Below are positions 1-11,756 of a stretch of DNA of 64,000 bases, piece by piece; within the stretch, counting starts at the first letter, position 1; every line of letters starts with the position of its first letter. Position numbers and translations under genes: made by a program. Source of the DNA: Zygnema circumcarinatum SAG 698-1b (Eukaryota > Plantae > Zygnematophyceae); NCBI GenBank assembly GCA_037447605.1, contig CM074810.1:1398880-1462879 (forward strand), given 5' to 3'. Under the pieces are notes generated by a model. It made no database searches and was not told where the DNA came from. It saw only the letters and a program-made list of their open reading frames with translations.

Positions 1-302
1 CTGCTAGAGTCGCATATGAAACAGTACGGTCGTACATTCCTGCCACGTGGATAAATTCAGCTGTCGACACGTGTTGCATGGCGTCGACACGTGGACACCA
101 GTCGGGCGCGGAGAACCGGTGGACCGTACAGTGCCTGGGTGGGTCGTCGTGGTCTGGGCGGCCGGCTGTCGTTTCCCCGAGGGACTGCCGGCCGGCGAGA
201 CGGCCGGCCGGCGCAGCGCAGACTGGCCGGCTGGTCTGCCAGGGCGGGACGGGGTCCCGGGGCGATGGACGCCAGGGCACGAGAGCAGGCGGTGGGAGGG
301 AA

Positions 303-435
303 TGGCTGGCTGGCTGGCTGACTGACTGACTGACTGACTATTTGTGACTGACTGACTGACAAACAAGCTGACTGGCTGACTGACTGAGTGGTTGGCTGAC
401 TGACTGGCTGACTGGCTGGCTGGCTGGCTGACTGG
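303..435. repeat. Tetranucleotide microsatellite (GGCT)n/(GACT)n
   Basis: Directly visible mixed ggct/gact arrays; they explain the low-complexity SQPASQ ORFs at 4-540. Confidence 0.95.
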
Positions 436-1340
436 CAGAGGAGGGAAGGCGAGGGGGGGTGACCACAGCCTGCACATTGCAACGCAACAAGTTGCAAACA
501 TGGGTTGTGAGTAACTCCAAGGGTTACTGCGCGCATGCATGCCTATTTGTGATTGGTTTTTGTTGCCGTGGCGTTTGGCATCGCTTGGTTGCCCTTGTTG
601 TTTTGGAACGTGTAGTCAGACATTGAGTGTATATTAGGTGCAGGGAGACATGCCCACAGAGAGAAACTCGTGGAAGCTGCGCTACCGTACAGGGCAAGAA
701 ACCGTTGCGGCGTCGTTTAGAAGATTAGAAAAAGAAAGAAAACCCCAGATTGCTATTGACCGTTACAGGTCACATCAGCAAAGTGCCCAAGGAGCTGTAA
801 GAGTCTGATAACTGGTAAAAAAAGCATTGCATGTCTCGTAGTCGTTGTAGCACACACAATATTGCTTTTTAATGATTCATTGAACCCTTCTCAATGAAAG
901 AAAATAAGGGCCGACACATGGAACAACCGGTTGCACCGGCACTGCAGCCATGGCATAAAGAAAAGAGTCATAAATCAACGAATCTTCACATCTTCACATA
1001 GCGCTCACTCCAAAGAACGACCCTCTGAAGACTGCGCCCCTCAGGACTGCTTCCTTTCTCCTTCGCATCCCTTCCTTTCAGCGGCGTGAAGCACTATCAC
1101 TTCAAGGAAGGACATGTTTAGAGATTCATCACCTATCTCGCCTCTCACTCCCTCTCAAAGCGCCGCCCCCTCGCGAAGAGGTACCCGATTCGTTGTACTA
1201 ACTTTGTAAACATTGACGTTCCCCTTCTTCCTCAAAAAATGAAGTTATAAAATGTATGTTTTGTCTCAGCTAGACCAGGGAGAAGGTCTCTCTTTGATTA
1301 GATGTAGCCTCGAGTGGATGGCTCAAAAAATAGTCTTCAC

Positions 1341-2647
1341 TCACTTTCCACTCTTCTTGAGCCCGGCTCCTCCAAGCGGTCCTTTTCCAGCAGCTTTAGA
1401 CTTCAACTCCTTCAAAGCCTGCAATCAAATGCAAAACCTGACATAGCTGAATATAATCCGAATCGTCAACATCAGCTTTTGAGACTGTGGTGGGTGGTCT
1501 CTGCATTTCTTTCCAAATTCATGCAAGTAAAGCATGTGGACTCTGAAAGAGACTTTAAACTCCTAATACGAAGGGATAACCCTCAACCAACAGAATTAAG
1601 CACAAGCTACCAAGCAACATCAACCTGCATAGAGAATATCAGGCAAGCCAAAACTAACAGTTCGACATGAAAGTGAACCAACTCTCGAAAGATCAGCAGG
1701 CGCTTTGCTCACCTTCTCCTCCTCCTTCTTCTTCTTCATAAACTCGACATCAGCCTGCATCCAGTTGTCGTACAACATTTCTTATCAATAATCTACCACT
1801 TTTATTCCTTTCACTTTGTCAAAGCAGCATACTTTTCCCCCTCTCAGTGAGAAACATGAAACTTTCAATTTAGCGTGTCTAGAGAGCAGTACAAATCAAC
1901 TCTTTTCTATCAGTGGGGTCCTCAGTATTATCCTCCATTTCTACTAAGAATAGGCAAAAACGCCCTACCCAGTTCAAGCGTCCATCACGAACGAGGAAAG
2001 ACATAGGAACCCAACCATTCATCGTTTTACCCTCACACTGCAATCGTAACTAACAAGGTCTACCTCATTTTCCATTAAAACCTTCCTCCAGAGTTATAAA
2101 ACCAGACTCTTCAGTACTACGTCACATCAAATTACTAGAAAAACCCAATGACAACGACAACTTCTACACGAGCCAACTGTCCAAAACATGACAGCAGCAT
2201 GACGCTTCTGAGCATCTACAACAACAGTCATTCACTACTGAATTCCGGAAACAAAGTCATACGTCATCGTAATCTTTCTCCTTCGCCTTTGGAGCCTTCA
2301 AGGGCTTCAGCTTGCCACCTGCACAATTAAAAAATAAAGATATAAATAAAACTGAGAACAGCCAAATACACAGCCATACACGTTTTCTCGTGAAGCCATG
2401 AAGAGTATTAAACAGAAATAACATTCAGATTTCCAATTTTCTAATCAGAAAAAAAAATCTCTATCAAAATTCGCTTATATACGGAAGCCTACGTCGACGA
2501 ACGGGCTTTCAGCAGTGAAAACACATCAATATAGCACGGCTTCAAACTCCAGCACATGCCCAACTATGACTTCTGCGGAAAATTGCGTGCCCTGAACCAT
2601 ACGAATCAAAATCGGCACAGAAAACACTCACCTTGCCTGCCAGACAT
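1341..2647 (-). CDS. TMA7: Translation machinery-associated protein 7 (TMA7/CCDC72 family), 63 aa, 4 coding exons
   Basis: Exons 2647-2632, 2318-2263, 1754-1713, 1418-1341, all GT-AG and in phase (192 nt). They give [63 protein letters not shown], the GGKxKPLK...GGAGLKKSG signature of TMA7. Not in the ORF track because the exons are tiny. Confidence 0.93.
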
Positions 2648-2939
2648 GGCCTTCTCCTTACGATCAAAACACTATCCGAAAAAAGCTCTCGCAAAGCAGG
2701 TGATGCACAAGAGCGCAAAAATAATGTATCCAGTCAAAGGCAGAGCTGCTCCTCAGTACGAAACTGCAGATGAGGAGCACCGGAGCACTAAGCAACTAAG
2801 AGTCTCCCCACAGCACAGTCCTGCAGTGTAGGTGCCAGGCAGAAGCCGCTAGTACTCCTAACCCTAACCCTAACGCCCGCTTCACTCATGGAAGCAGGCG
2901 ACATATGCTGCTCCGTTCCGTGGCCCAACTGCTTCGATA

Positions 2940-3000
2940 TCGTAAATACCATATCGTATCGTATCATGTCGTACCGTATCATACTGTATCGTACTGGATA
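2940..3000. repeat. Degenerate pentamer array (GTATC/GTACC)n
   Basis: atcgtatcgtatcatgtcgtaccgtatcatactgtatcgtac; similar arrays at 3848-3872 (GACAC)n, 44025-44100 and 44841-44856. Confidence 0.75.
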
Positions 3001-3994
3001 CGGCTTGAGATTTGCAGCCTTGGTCGCAAGTGCTTGAGCTTCTGGCCGTTCGATATGCCACGTGTAAGACCAAGGAAACACGTGTGAGCTGACGAGCGTC
3101 GTGCCACGTGACGTGGGGGGCCCGCGGGCAAGGGGTCGGGCTGAAGACCGTTGGATGTGCTACGTGTACACATGAAGAGAATCTTCACCGTTGGATACAC
3201 GTGTGCGAAAATGCCGTATAGGGTTGGAGGCACGGTTCGGGCACGCCCTCGGCGCGTCCAAGGAGCGGGGGGGGGGGACTCGACAACGCGTCGTTGAAAC
3301 GTTCGGAGGTTGCAACTTGCAAGCACAGCACCAGGGGAGGCCGTTCGGTGGCCGTACCGCACGTATGTGCATCTATCTCCAAGGAGCGGTGGGCGCACGG
3401 GGGAAGCCAGGCGGCAGGCAAGCACCCGGACATCAGTCCCAAGTTCCCAACACAAAGAACAGCCGTGGGACCAAACTCGCCGGTGCGCCTTGCGGCTGGG
3501 CCGTCCAACAGCGGGCGGGCGGGCGAGCAGCGACGCCTGCCTGCCTGCCTGCCTGCCTGCCTTCACCGTGCGCAGCGCGAGAGAGGCCAATTAAGCATCG
3601 CCCCCACACCGCCCGTCCGTCCGCCCGTCGGTCCCCAGCCAGCAGCAAGCAGTCGAGCAATGCCACAAGAGGGGTTATCAGACTTAAGAATCGTCAGTAT
3701 GTCCGTTCGTAAGTTTTGCACCAACATATGTACCCCGCTGATATCGCGACCTGCCTGCAGCGGATTACTTTCGTTCCTTCCTTTTTCGTAACCTTTTGCG
3801 AAGTCTGATAAGCCCTAATGCGGCGAGCGCCATGAGGCCATGAGGGCCCGACACGACACGACACGACACGATAGCTAGATAGATAGAGATAGGACGAGCC
3901 GGCCTCCTCCTCCCCAGCTCGGTCGCTCGCTCCCTGGGGCACACCAGTGCACAATGCGGCGCACGCTCATGGTTCCATCCCTCGCAACTTTCCC

Positions 3995-4100
3995 ACAAGA
4001 AGAAGAATGGGGAAGTGGCATTGATCGCACGATGGCGAGGCGATCAAATTGTACATGGACAACATCAGCATGGGGAACCACGAGGAACTGGCAAGCTTCC
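3995..4100 (-). mobile_element. Dispersed repeat, probable 3' tail of a non-LTR retrotransposon
   Basis: Core CATTGAT..CACGATGGCGAGGC...ATGTACATGGACAA...GGAACCACGAGGAACTGG matches 10612-10714, 21975-22065 and 44612-44720; the last copy follows an RT ORF stop codon. Confidence 0.65.
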
Positions 4101-4623
4101 ACAAGCTCTTGCGTTGCACAACAATCGGCCGAAAAGACGAAAACGAATTGCAAGCGGACGGCTCCGGTTGTTACCGTGCCGCATTGACGATTCGCTGTGC
4201 GCCACGTGGACCGTCGTCGCGGGTCACCGTCCGTCCCGCCGTCCCTGACCATCGCCAGCACCTCGTCCAGGAAGATACTTCTCAAGTATTCCGCCCGCCA
4301 GTGTCCACGTGGTAGGCAATACCGACGGCCCGTTCGCTGCTTGGTGAAGCCCGGCGTCGCTCCTGTTCCGGCCTACGCGACTCAGTGCCATGTGGCGGCT
4401 AGCGCCACGTGTTCACATATTACTGGTTTACGTTCCACGTGTACAAATTCCGCTGTGCGCGTATGAATTTCGACTGTCGGGTTAGTGCGCCAATACAAAC
4501 GAGCCCTTTTAGGTTTTCCGCGCCTCCTATCGTAGAGAGAGAGAGAGCGAGCGAGCACGAGGAGGAATTGGACGGCTATGGCGGCCGACTCCTTCACCTG
4601 AGCGGGCCCCGACAAGCCTCCAT

Positions 4624-6546
4624 ATGCCAACGCCCGCCGCTGCAGTCTGCTCTCTCAGCCTCTCCGCTCTCCGGAACCGCGCAGCCCCCTTCCTCCAGTG
4701 GCGTCGAGCATACCAGCTTCCGAGGGCTTTCAGAGTTCTGAAGCTTTGTAGGGTTTGTACAACTTTTAGGGTTTCTGAGGTTTCTTGGGTGTGTAAAATA
4801 TCCCGTATCGAAGGAAGTGACTCGAAAAGGGGTTTTGGAAAGAAAGGAGAAGCAGAGGTCCTTGGCAGTTCCGAAATTAGGGTTCATTTTTTACAGTTTG
4901 AAGAACAATTCAGCAAAGGCGGAGTCCTACTGAACGGGGACCCCCTGCTTGGAAATGGCAGCCATGAAACTAAGTGGGAGGTTTCAGGCGTGGATTTGCA
5001 GAACCTCATCGCTGCCCCCTCTGCTGAAGCCGTTTGTGAAGAGATGGAGAAGATGGTGCCGCGCGGAGGCCGCATGAGTGATCGGCATTTTATGGCAATT
5101 CTAAAAGAATTGGGAAAGCTGAAACAGCGGCGTGTAGCCATGCAGGTACTCCTTGCACCTTTCCTAATGCGTCGATTGAAGCTTCGATTGACCTGGTTTG
5201 TTGTTTTTGCTGAATAAAGCAACGCTGAGGAGATCACACCGCGAAATAAATCATTGTTGAATTAAACAACGGAAGGTTTGTACATCGCAGTATATCAATT
5301 AATCGGAGAAAGTAGGTTAATCTGCTGCATTGTGGGGTACCTGTAGGTATGGCATTGGTGGCGCCAACAAAAGCATTATACCCCTAACGTGCGCCTTTAT
5401 ACTACGATGGTCGCCATTCTTGGAAGCGGCAAAATGATAAAGCAGGCGCTCTCTCTTCTGGCTGACATGAAAGCTTGCCGCTGCATGCCTGATGCTGCTC
5501 CATACAATGCACTCATTACTGCATTGGGACGTGTGGGCGAAGTCGACAATGCCGTGGCAGTGTTCCGAAAAATGGCGACATCAAAATCACTATGCCGACC
5601 GACTGTAGTGACGTATGGGGCACTTTTGATGACGTTAAGTAGTGCAGGCCGTCTGCAGGAGGCGCAGCAGCTGCTCGGAACGATGCTGGAATCTGATTGC
5701 TCTCCCAACCTCACTGTCTTCAACACGCTTATTTCCGCCTGGGGACGAGCAGGTGATTTGAACATGATGGAGCGTTTGCTGGAAATGATGCGCAGCAGGG
5801 GACTCACTCCTAACGCAGTCACCTACACAGCTCTCATTCATGCTTACCGTAATTCGAATTGCTTCCACAAGGTTGCTGAAGTATGGAAGGAGCTGTTAGC
5901 GAACGGGTGTGAGAGAGACACCCCTTTGTACACAGAAATGATCGCAGTAGAAAGTCAACTTGGCAGAACGACTGCCATGGAGAAAGCTTTCACTGAATTG
6001 TGTAAATTAGGTCTGGAACCCGATATGCTAACGTTTGCTGCACTCATAACCGGCTTTGCAAATCAAGGAGATACTGCCAAAATGGAAGCCTCCCTTCGTT
6101 TCATGAGAGCCATTGGTATGATGCCTACTGCAGCGGTTTACGCTGTAGTGCTGCAGGCCTATGGAGGCCGGGGTCTTATGGCCGGTATAGAGCGAACTCG
6201 CAAAGCTATGGCTGCCGAAGGCCGCGAATACAATCGCCTGTGTTTTGAAGCCCTTCTATTGGCGTATGGGCGCTGCGGTCTAATTGAGAGGATGGAACAT
6301 ACTGCCCGGGATATGGAAGCAGCAGGGTTTACTCTTCGGCATAGAAATGTTGATCAAATTCTTGCAGTTTATTGCAGAGCTGGCCTTGTGGACCAGATGG
6401 AGGATACGCTGCAGGTCATGGCTGCAATGAGGTTCAGACCATCGCTTCAAACATGGCGTTCTGTTGCAGCTGCATATGAGAGGGCTGGAATGGGCATTCA
6501 GGCAGCGCAAGCCCGGCAACAGCTTTTTCCTGCAAGTCGCAATTAG
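4624..6546 (+). CDS. P-class pentatricopeptide repeat protein, ~573 aa, probably organelle-targeted, 2 exons
   Basis: Exons 4624-5145 and 5347-6546 (intron CAG|GTACTC...CTGTAG|, phase 0). About 10 tandem 35-aa motifs (YTTMVAILG, YNALITALGRVG, YGALLMTLSSAG, FNTLISAWGRAG, YTALIHAY). N-terminus is Ala/Ser/Arg-rich like a transit peptide. Confidence 0.9.
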
Positions 6547-8439
6547 GAAGTCGCTGAGAAAGGAGGAGGAGGCATTAGGAGGCAGCTGGTTTGTTACTCC
6601 GCGACCCCGGTAGAGTTGGTGGAGAAGCTGCAGCTAGGCACGAAAAATGCGAAAGTGTCTGCAGCACTTCAGAATCTCGGCCCCAGGAATGTGGAGATGA
6701 AGCTTTCTCATCTTCGACGAGTGGCCAGCAGTATCCATTTTTGAGAAACGTGGTTTCTACTCAGAAAACTGGTGAGCCTTCTATGAATCATTTGCGAATC
6801 GAACACTTCCTGAGACTTCCGAAGTAAAATCGTAGAGCACTATGGAATTGAAACCAGGGTTGTCGTAAGGGCGGAGTTTCGGGTATGAAAGTTACACATG
6901 ACTCATTTTCTTCAGAGGGTGCCAGTGGACATCCTATGGGCTAATCAAGACAGAAACTTATAGGCCTTTCATTTTCAGAGCTTCACGATGTAACCCTAGG
7001 AGGTTGAGAATTGCTGTGCAGTGGTTGTCATGTCCTTTACCGTCTTCTTTTTCACATTAGCGTCTTGAACATTATGCTGTTGACGCCATGCATGTGCAGA
7101 TTGTTCCATAATTGGACATCATCGGTTCAGCATGCCATACCTGCCGGCTTCAATACGAACTTGTCTGCTGTAGAGCGATGAATGTGGGCTTCCTCTGGAC
7201 AAACAGACGAACTACAAACGAATCGTTTGGAAGGGGCTTTGACGGGGTTCAGGGTTTCTAGCGTTAGACGACCTGCCCATGCCTTCGCCGCAGGGCTGAA
7301 GTGGTCTTAGGCGTTTCTTTTTCCGAGCAGAGAAAGAGAAGAGCTTGCTACTACTTTTTTTTCTGCTCTGCTCGTTTCACCGAGCAGAGAAGTCTCTTAG
7401 TTGGTCAATGGAGTGCAGAGGCGAGTGGAGGAAGCGAATGAGGGTTCGTGAAGAATAGGGCACTGCCTAGTTGGTTGTGGGAGTGTCATTTGGATGTTGA
7501 TTTTTTGTGTAAGCTACTGTACCCCTTTTTCAGTGGCCCATGCAGGCTGTTTCACCCACAGCCTATCCCTGAAATGAGTGCGAAGATTGTTTCCCAGGAC
7601 TTTCTGACTGGACCCTCTTTTGTCTTTCCTCTATCCACGAACTCCGTCTGTCCTTTTCAAAACATTCAAAACATTTTCAAAACCTTGAAGAAGACGAACA
7701 GTGAAATTTGGACCGGACAAGCATCTTCTCGAGTATAGACTCTTATTCTCAATTCAATGCTGCCAGCGGCGATCTCAAGGGGTCCCTTGCCCTCCAATCC
7801 TTCCATATACAGTCGAGAAAGAATAAAGAATAAAGAATTGTGGCGGTGGAAATCGCTCTGGCGAGGCCATCAATCAAACAGACAGGGACAGAAATCGACA
7901 TGGGAAACCACGGGGAGCCGACCGGTCCACGAAAAGGACCTGAGGACGAAAAGGAACAGTACTACCGCAGTCGGCCACCTGCCAATTGTAATTTCGCCCA
8001 ATGGGTATCTGCCACGTGTGAAGTGTCCCACGTGGCAGCTCCTCATTGGCCGATCTCTCGTCAGTGACGTCGATAGACAAGAAGGCTGAAAACAAACCGC
8101 CCACTGAAAGCCCCACAAAACCCGCAACCCGAATCCCTAAATCAAACCCTAAACCTTAAACCCAGAAATCAAATCCCAAATAAAGGAAAAAACCAACGGT
8201 GAAGCGATTCGGACCACTCACCGGCCTCCACGTCAGTCCAGATTTACTGCGCCGTCCCCGTTTTCCAAAAATAAAATAAGGCCCTCAAATTCCCAATCTC
8301 TCAAGGGCCCCCTCCCGCCCAATGGGAGCGCTCCTCGCCCCCCCTACCCGGAAAACCCGGCGCCCAACGGCCCTGAACCCTAAACTCCGAACCCCGCCGC
8401 GCCCACCAAAAGGGCGCCCGCCGCCGCCGACCGTCCGGG

Positions 8440-8600
8440 GCCCATGCCACGTGGCGCCCCGCGGCACCTTTCCCGCCGCCTTATCCTCATCCGTCCGTCC
8501 GCCGCAAAGCAGGCGCTGAGGGGCGATCTGGACCGTCGGTCTTGCCACGTGGAGAATTGGATGAGCGGCCGAAAAGCGCCGCCTGGTGGTATAAGTGTTG
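8440..8600 (+). promoter_or_regulatory. RbcS proximal promoter with G-boxes and an I-box
   Basis: Palindromic GCCACGTGGC at 8446-8455, CCTTATCC (I-box GATAAG, reverse) at 8479-8486, GCCACGTGG at 8544-8552, TATAAG near 8590, all 70-220 bp upstream of the ATG. G-box plus I-box is the established light-responsive module of plant RbcS promoters; function is inferred. Confidence 0.6.
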
Positions 8601-8665
8601 GAAGGGCCGGCCGAAGGGGCACTCTCGCCTCCTTTTTGCTAAGGAGCTTCAGCTTCAGATCAGCC

Positions 8666-9435
8666 ATGGCTGCTATCGCTGCCACCTCCGTGGCCGTCGT
8701 GCCCTGCACTTTGGCCGCTGTCTCCGGACAGAAGGCTGCTGCTTCCCAGCGCACCGTGAGCGCCTTCACCGGCCTCAAGAGCGCCACCCTCTTCTCTACC
8801 TCCAGCAATGAGTTTGCTGCCAAGACCGTCTCCAACTCCTTCCGCGTGTCCTGCATGAAGGTGAGCTGCTGCTTCCATACTTTTTCCGACGGGGAAGAGC
8901 TGTGTACATTGATCTAGTGTTTTGATCTGGTGTTTCCTGCAGCTCTCGATGTAGAGACCTCAGTTCTAGTTTCTTTAGACTGTCGTCGTCTAACTGATCT
9001 GAAGAGTCACTTAGCGATCTGTCCCTCCTTGACGTTGCGAGCTTGTATGTCTCATAACTGACTCCTGCTTTGTCCGTTCAGGTGTGGAACCCCATTGACA
9101 ACCCCAGGTTTGAGACCCTCTCCTACCTTCCCCCCCTGACCGACTCCTCCATCGGCAAGGAGATTGACTACCTCCTCCGCAAGGGCTGGGTGCCCTGCTT
9201 GGAGTTCGATGCGCACGGCACCGTGTACCGTGAAAACAACGCCGGCCCCGGATACTATGATGGCCGCTACTGGACGATGTGGAAGCTCCCCATGTTCGGA
9301 TGCACTGATTCTTCCCAGGTGCTCCGGGAGCTTTCGGAGGCCAAGAAGGCCTACCCTGACTGCTACATCCGTATCCTCGGATTCGACAACATCAAGCAGA
9401 CACAGTGCGTCTCCTTCATCGCCCACAAGCCATAG
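8666..9435 (+). CDS. RBCS: Rubisco small subunit precursor, 182 aa, 2 exons
   Basis: Exons 8666-8860 and 9082-9435. Transit peptide [12 protein letters not shown]...RVSCMK, then [19 protein letters not shown]...[16 protein letters not shown]...[18 protein letters not shown]. The intron follows the second mature codon, the conserved plant position. Confidence 0.99.
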
Positions 9436-10714
9436 AGGGCGTCCAGTGAGGACCTTTTGCAGGCGCCGACGCAGCAGAGACTGTATTATTTAATTTCAGA
9501 AGTAGAGAAAAAGTGGTGGTTTAGGCTAGATCTAAAGCATTCATGCATATTTTTAAGGTGCCGAAAGGGAGCAGCATCTTGTTAGGCTGGTAGACTCTGT
9601 AACAGCTACAAGGAATTTTTAAGAACTTCCGTGAGTGTAGTTCGACACCAATTTGTTGACTAACATTGGTTACCACGAAATCGATCTTTTTGATCTGGTC
9701 GTTATCTGATCGTCGGTGGCATTGCCTGAAAGCGCGTGCTTCTTTTCTGAATTTGCTATGACTGCACCGGATTACCTTATTACTTTCTGGCAGGTTAGTA
9801 TAGCGGTCTGTGTGCTGAACAGGCGGCTCCGAGTGGCAGCGGTGTGGAAATGGAAATGCCGATCCGGCCAGTGCCTTCTGGCATTGGCATCTCGTGAACT
9901 TTGTTTTACAGCCTATAACTGGTTTCTTTTATTTCAGTTGTATCCGAAACTTCCTGCTGCCTAGTTGGCCTTTCTGGCAGGCTTAACAGCAATATAGAGG
10001 AACTATTTTCTCTGGCCGTGGCTCTGGCACCCCTTCAGGTCCTGACATTTCGGCGATTTAGATTTGTATTCTTACATCATGTCAAATCAGATCCATGAAA
10101 GGATGTAGCGGCACTTGCTTCAATCGTACAGGATCATTCGCTTCTTATCTGGCTGTATTCACAATCTTGATTATTCTTTCTCATTCTCTTCTTCCACCAA
10201 CTGCAGAAGAGTCCGTCATACACTGTAGTTCCTTCCCTTCGGCCGAGCGGTGTGGGAAACTCCAGGACAGTTTTTGCTTATTATTCACATTTAGGAACTT
10301 CACCCGCCTTATTGGAATACTAAAGATGATGAGTATAAAGACATGTTGCGGCAGTCCCTTCCAGAGTTATCACTTTGAATATTCGAGCCACGTGGCGGAA
10401 TATTCCCTCCATCCTGTCAATTTGCTTCCGCCGGACCCTCCCCTCCGGATTCAGCCCAATCATTGCGCCGTGTGACACGTGCAGATAAATCACAGAAATT
10501 GCAATGTAAATCATTATTGGTATCGGTTCCTGCAAAAAAACGTCTCCACGATATTCGTTTTATACAATATGTTTCCACAAACGATAAACTATCTCCATGT
10601 AAGAGGAGAAATCGCATTGATTTCACGATGGCGAGGCCATCCATGTACATAAACAAAAGCAGCATGTGGAACCACGAGGGACTGGCCGCAAAGGACCTAG
10701 GCACAAAAGATAAA

Positions 10715-11756
10715 GGGTAGTATTATTTCCACCCCTTTCCGGCCGGGCAGATTTTAAAAGGCTTAAAAACGGAAAATGCTATTTTCACACCTTTTTAGAA
10801 TCGATACAAGGCAGATCTTATTTTTGTCAAAACAAGAAAAATGATACCCCGTTAATTTGATTTGAATATCTCGTCCCCCTGAATTATCTTTTTGAGATAA
10901 AAAAATATCAGCCTGCCCGTATCCGCTCAGAGCAGAAGATCCATCGACCACGAGATCGTTCGCGGGTGTGCGACCTTCACGCGTGCAGTAAATCGCAGCC
11001 GCCGATTCCTTCGCAGATCGCCCCACGGCAACCGTTAGATCTGCAGCCGGGCTCGGTCCTAGCGAATGGCACGAGTCCACGTGTCCCATCAAAGCCGACT
11101 CGCACATGCGAGTTCGCGCGTCCCTCGCCCGAGATCTCGTGCATTGTCAGCTCTCAGCCAATCAACATCTGCCACGTGTTACATTTTTGACGTGGAAAAC
11201 TTTGATTGGTCCAAGCTCTCAATGTACGAATTTTGGGTTCCTCAAAGTTGCGACAGTACGACATTTGTACGGACAAACGTTTGAGACGAGTTTGGCGGGA
11301 TACGTGGGCACGTGCCATTCGCTGTGACCGAGCCCGGATGCAGAGCAAATAGTGATCTGCCGTGTTGCGATCTGCGAGGGAATCGACGGCTGCGATTGAC
11401 CGCACGCGTGAAGAAGGCGGGATATTCAAAATAGGGTGACGGGTTATTTCCTTGTTTCGCAAAAATAAAATCTGCCGATGGAGGGTGGGTATCGATTCCA
11501 AAAAGGTGTGAAAAAAGCATTTTCCGTTTTTAATCCTTTTTGAAATCTGCCCGGCCGGGAAGGGGTGTTTGGATCCAAAAAAGGGGTGGAAATATCACTA
11601 CCCATCATTTTCCTTGTTTTGCAAAAATAAAATCTGCCTTGTAGCGATTCTGAAAAGGTGTGAAAAAAAGCATTTTCCGTTTTTAAGCCTTTTTAAAATC
11701 TGCCCGGCCGGTAAGGGATGTTTTGATCCAAAAAAGGGGTGAAAATAACACTACCC
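10715..11756. mobile_element. Non-autonomous long-TIR DNA transposon (GGGTAG family) with 8-bp TSD
   Basis: Begins GGGTAGTATTATTTCCACCCC and ends GGGGTGAAAATAACACTACCC, with imperfect TIRs of ~130-150 bp. Direct repeat AAGATAAA at 10707-10714 and 11757-11764. No transposase ORF. Confidence 0.9.

Noticed and set aside
4-540. Long overlapping ORFs (178 and 159 aa)
   Set aside because: Produced by (GGCT/GACT)n and a GC-rich repeat; no domain signal or splice-consistent model.
1905-1945. CAGTGGGGTCCTCAGTATT resembling the pogo-like TIR (also TACAGTAAGGGTCC at ~51182)
   Set aside because: No matching opposite terminus or TSD was found; at most solo relics.
7520-7830. Short minus-strand frames (MEGLEGKGPLEIAAGS..., QKVLGNNLRTHFRD...)
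   Set aside because: They could not be joined in phase into a recognisable protein; kept only as part of the possible divergent transcript.
9052-9426. 124-aa antisense ORF
   Set aside because: Shadow of the codon-biased RbcS exon 2.
9584-9650. B-box-like GTTCGACACC with upstream TGGTAGA (tRNA/SINE?)
   Set aside because: No acceptor or anticodon stems can be formed and the A-box match is poor.
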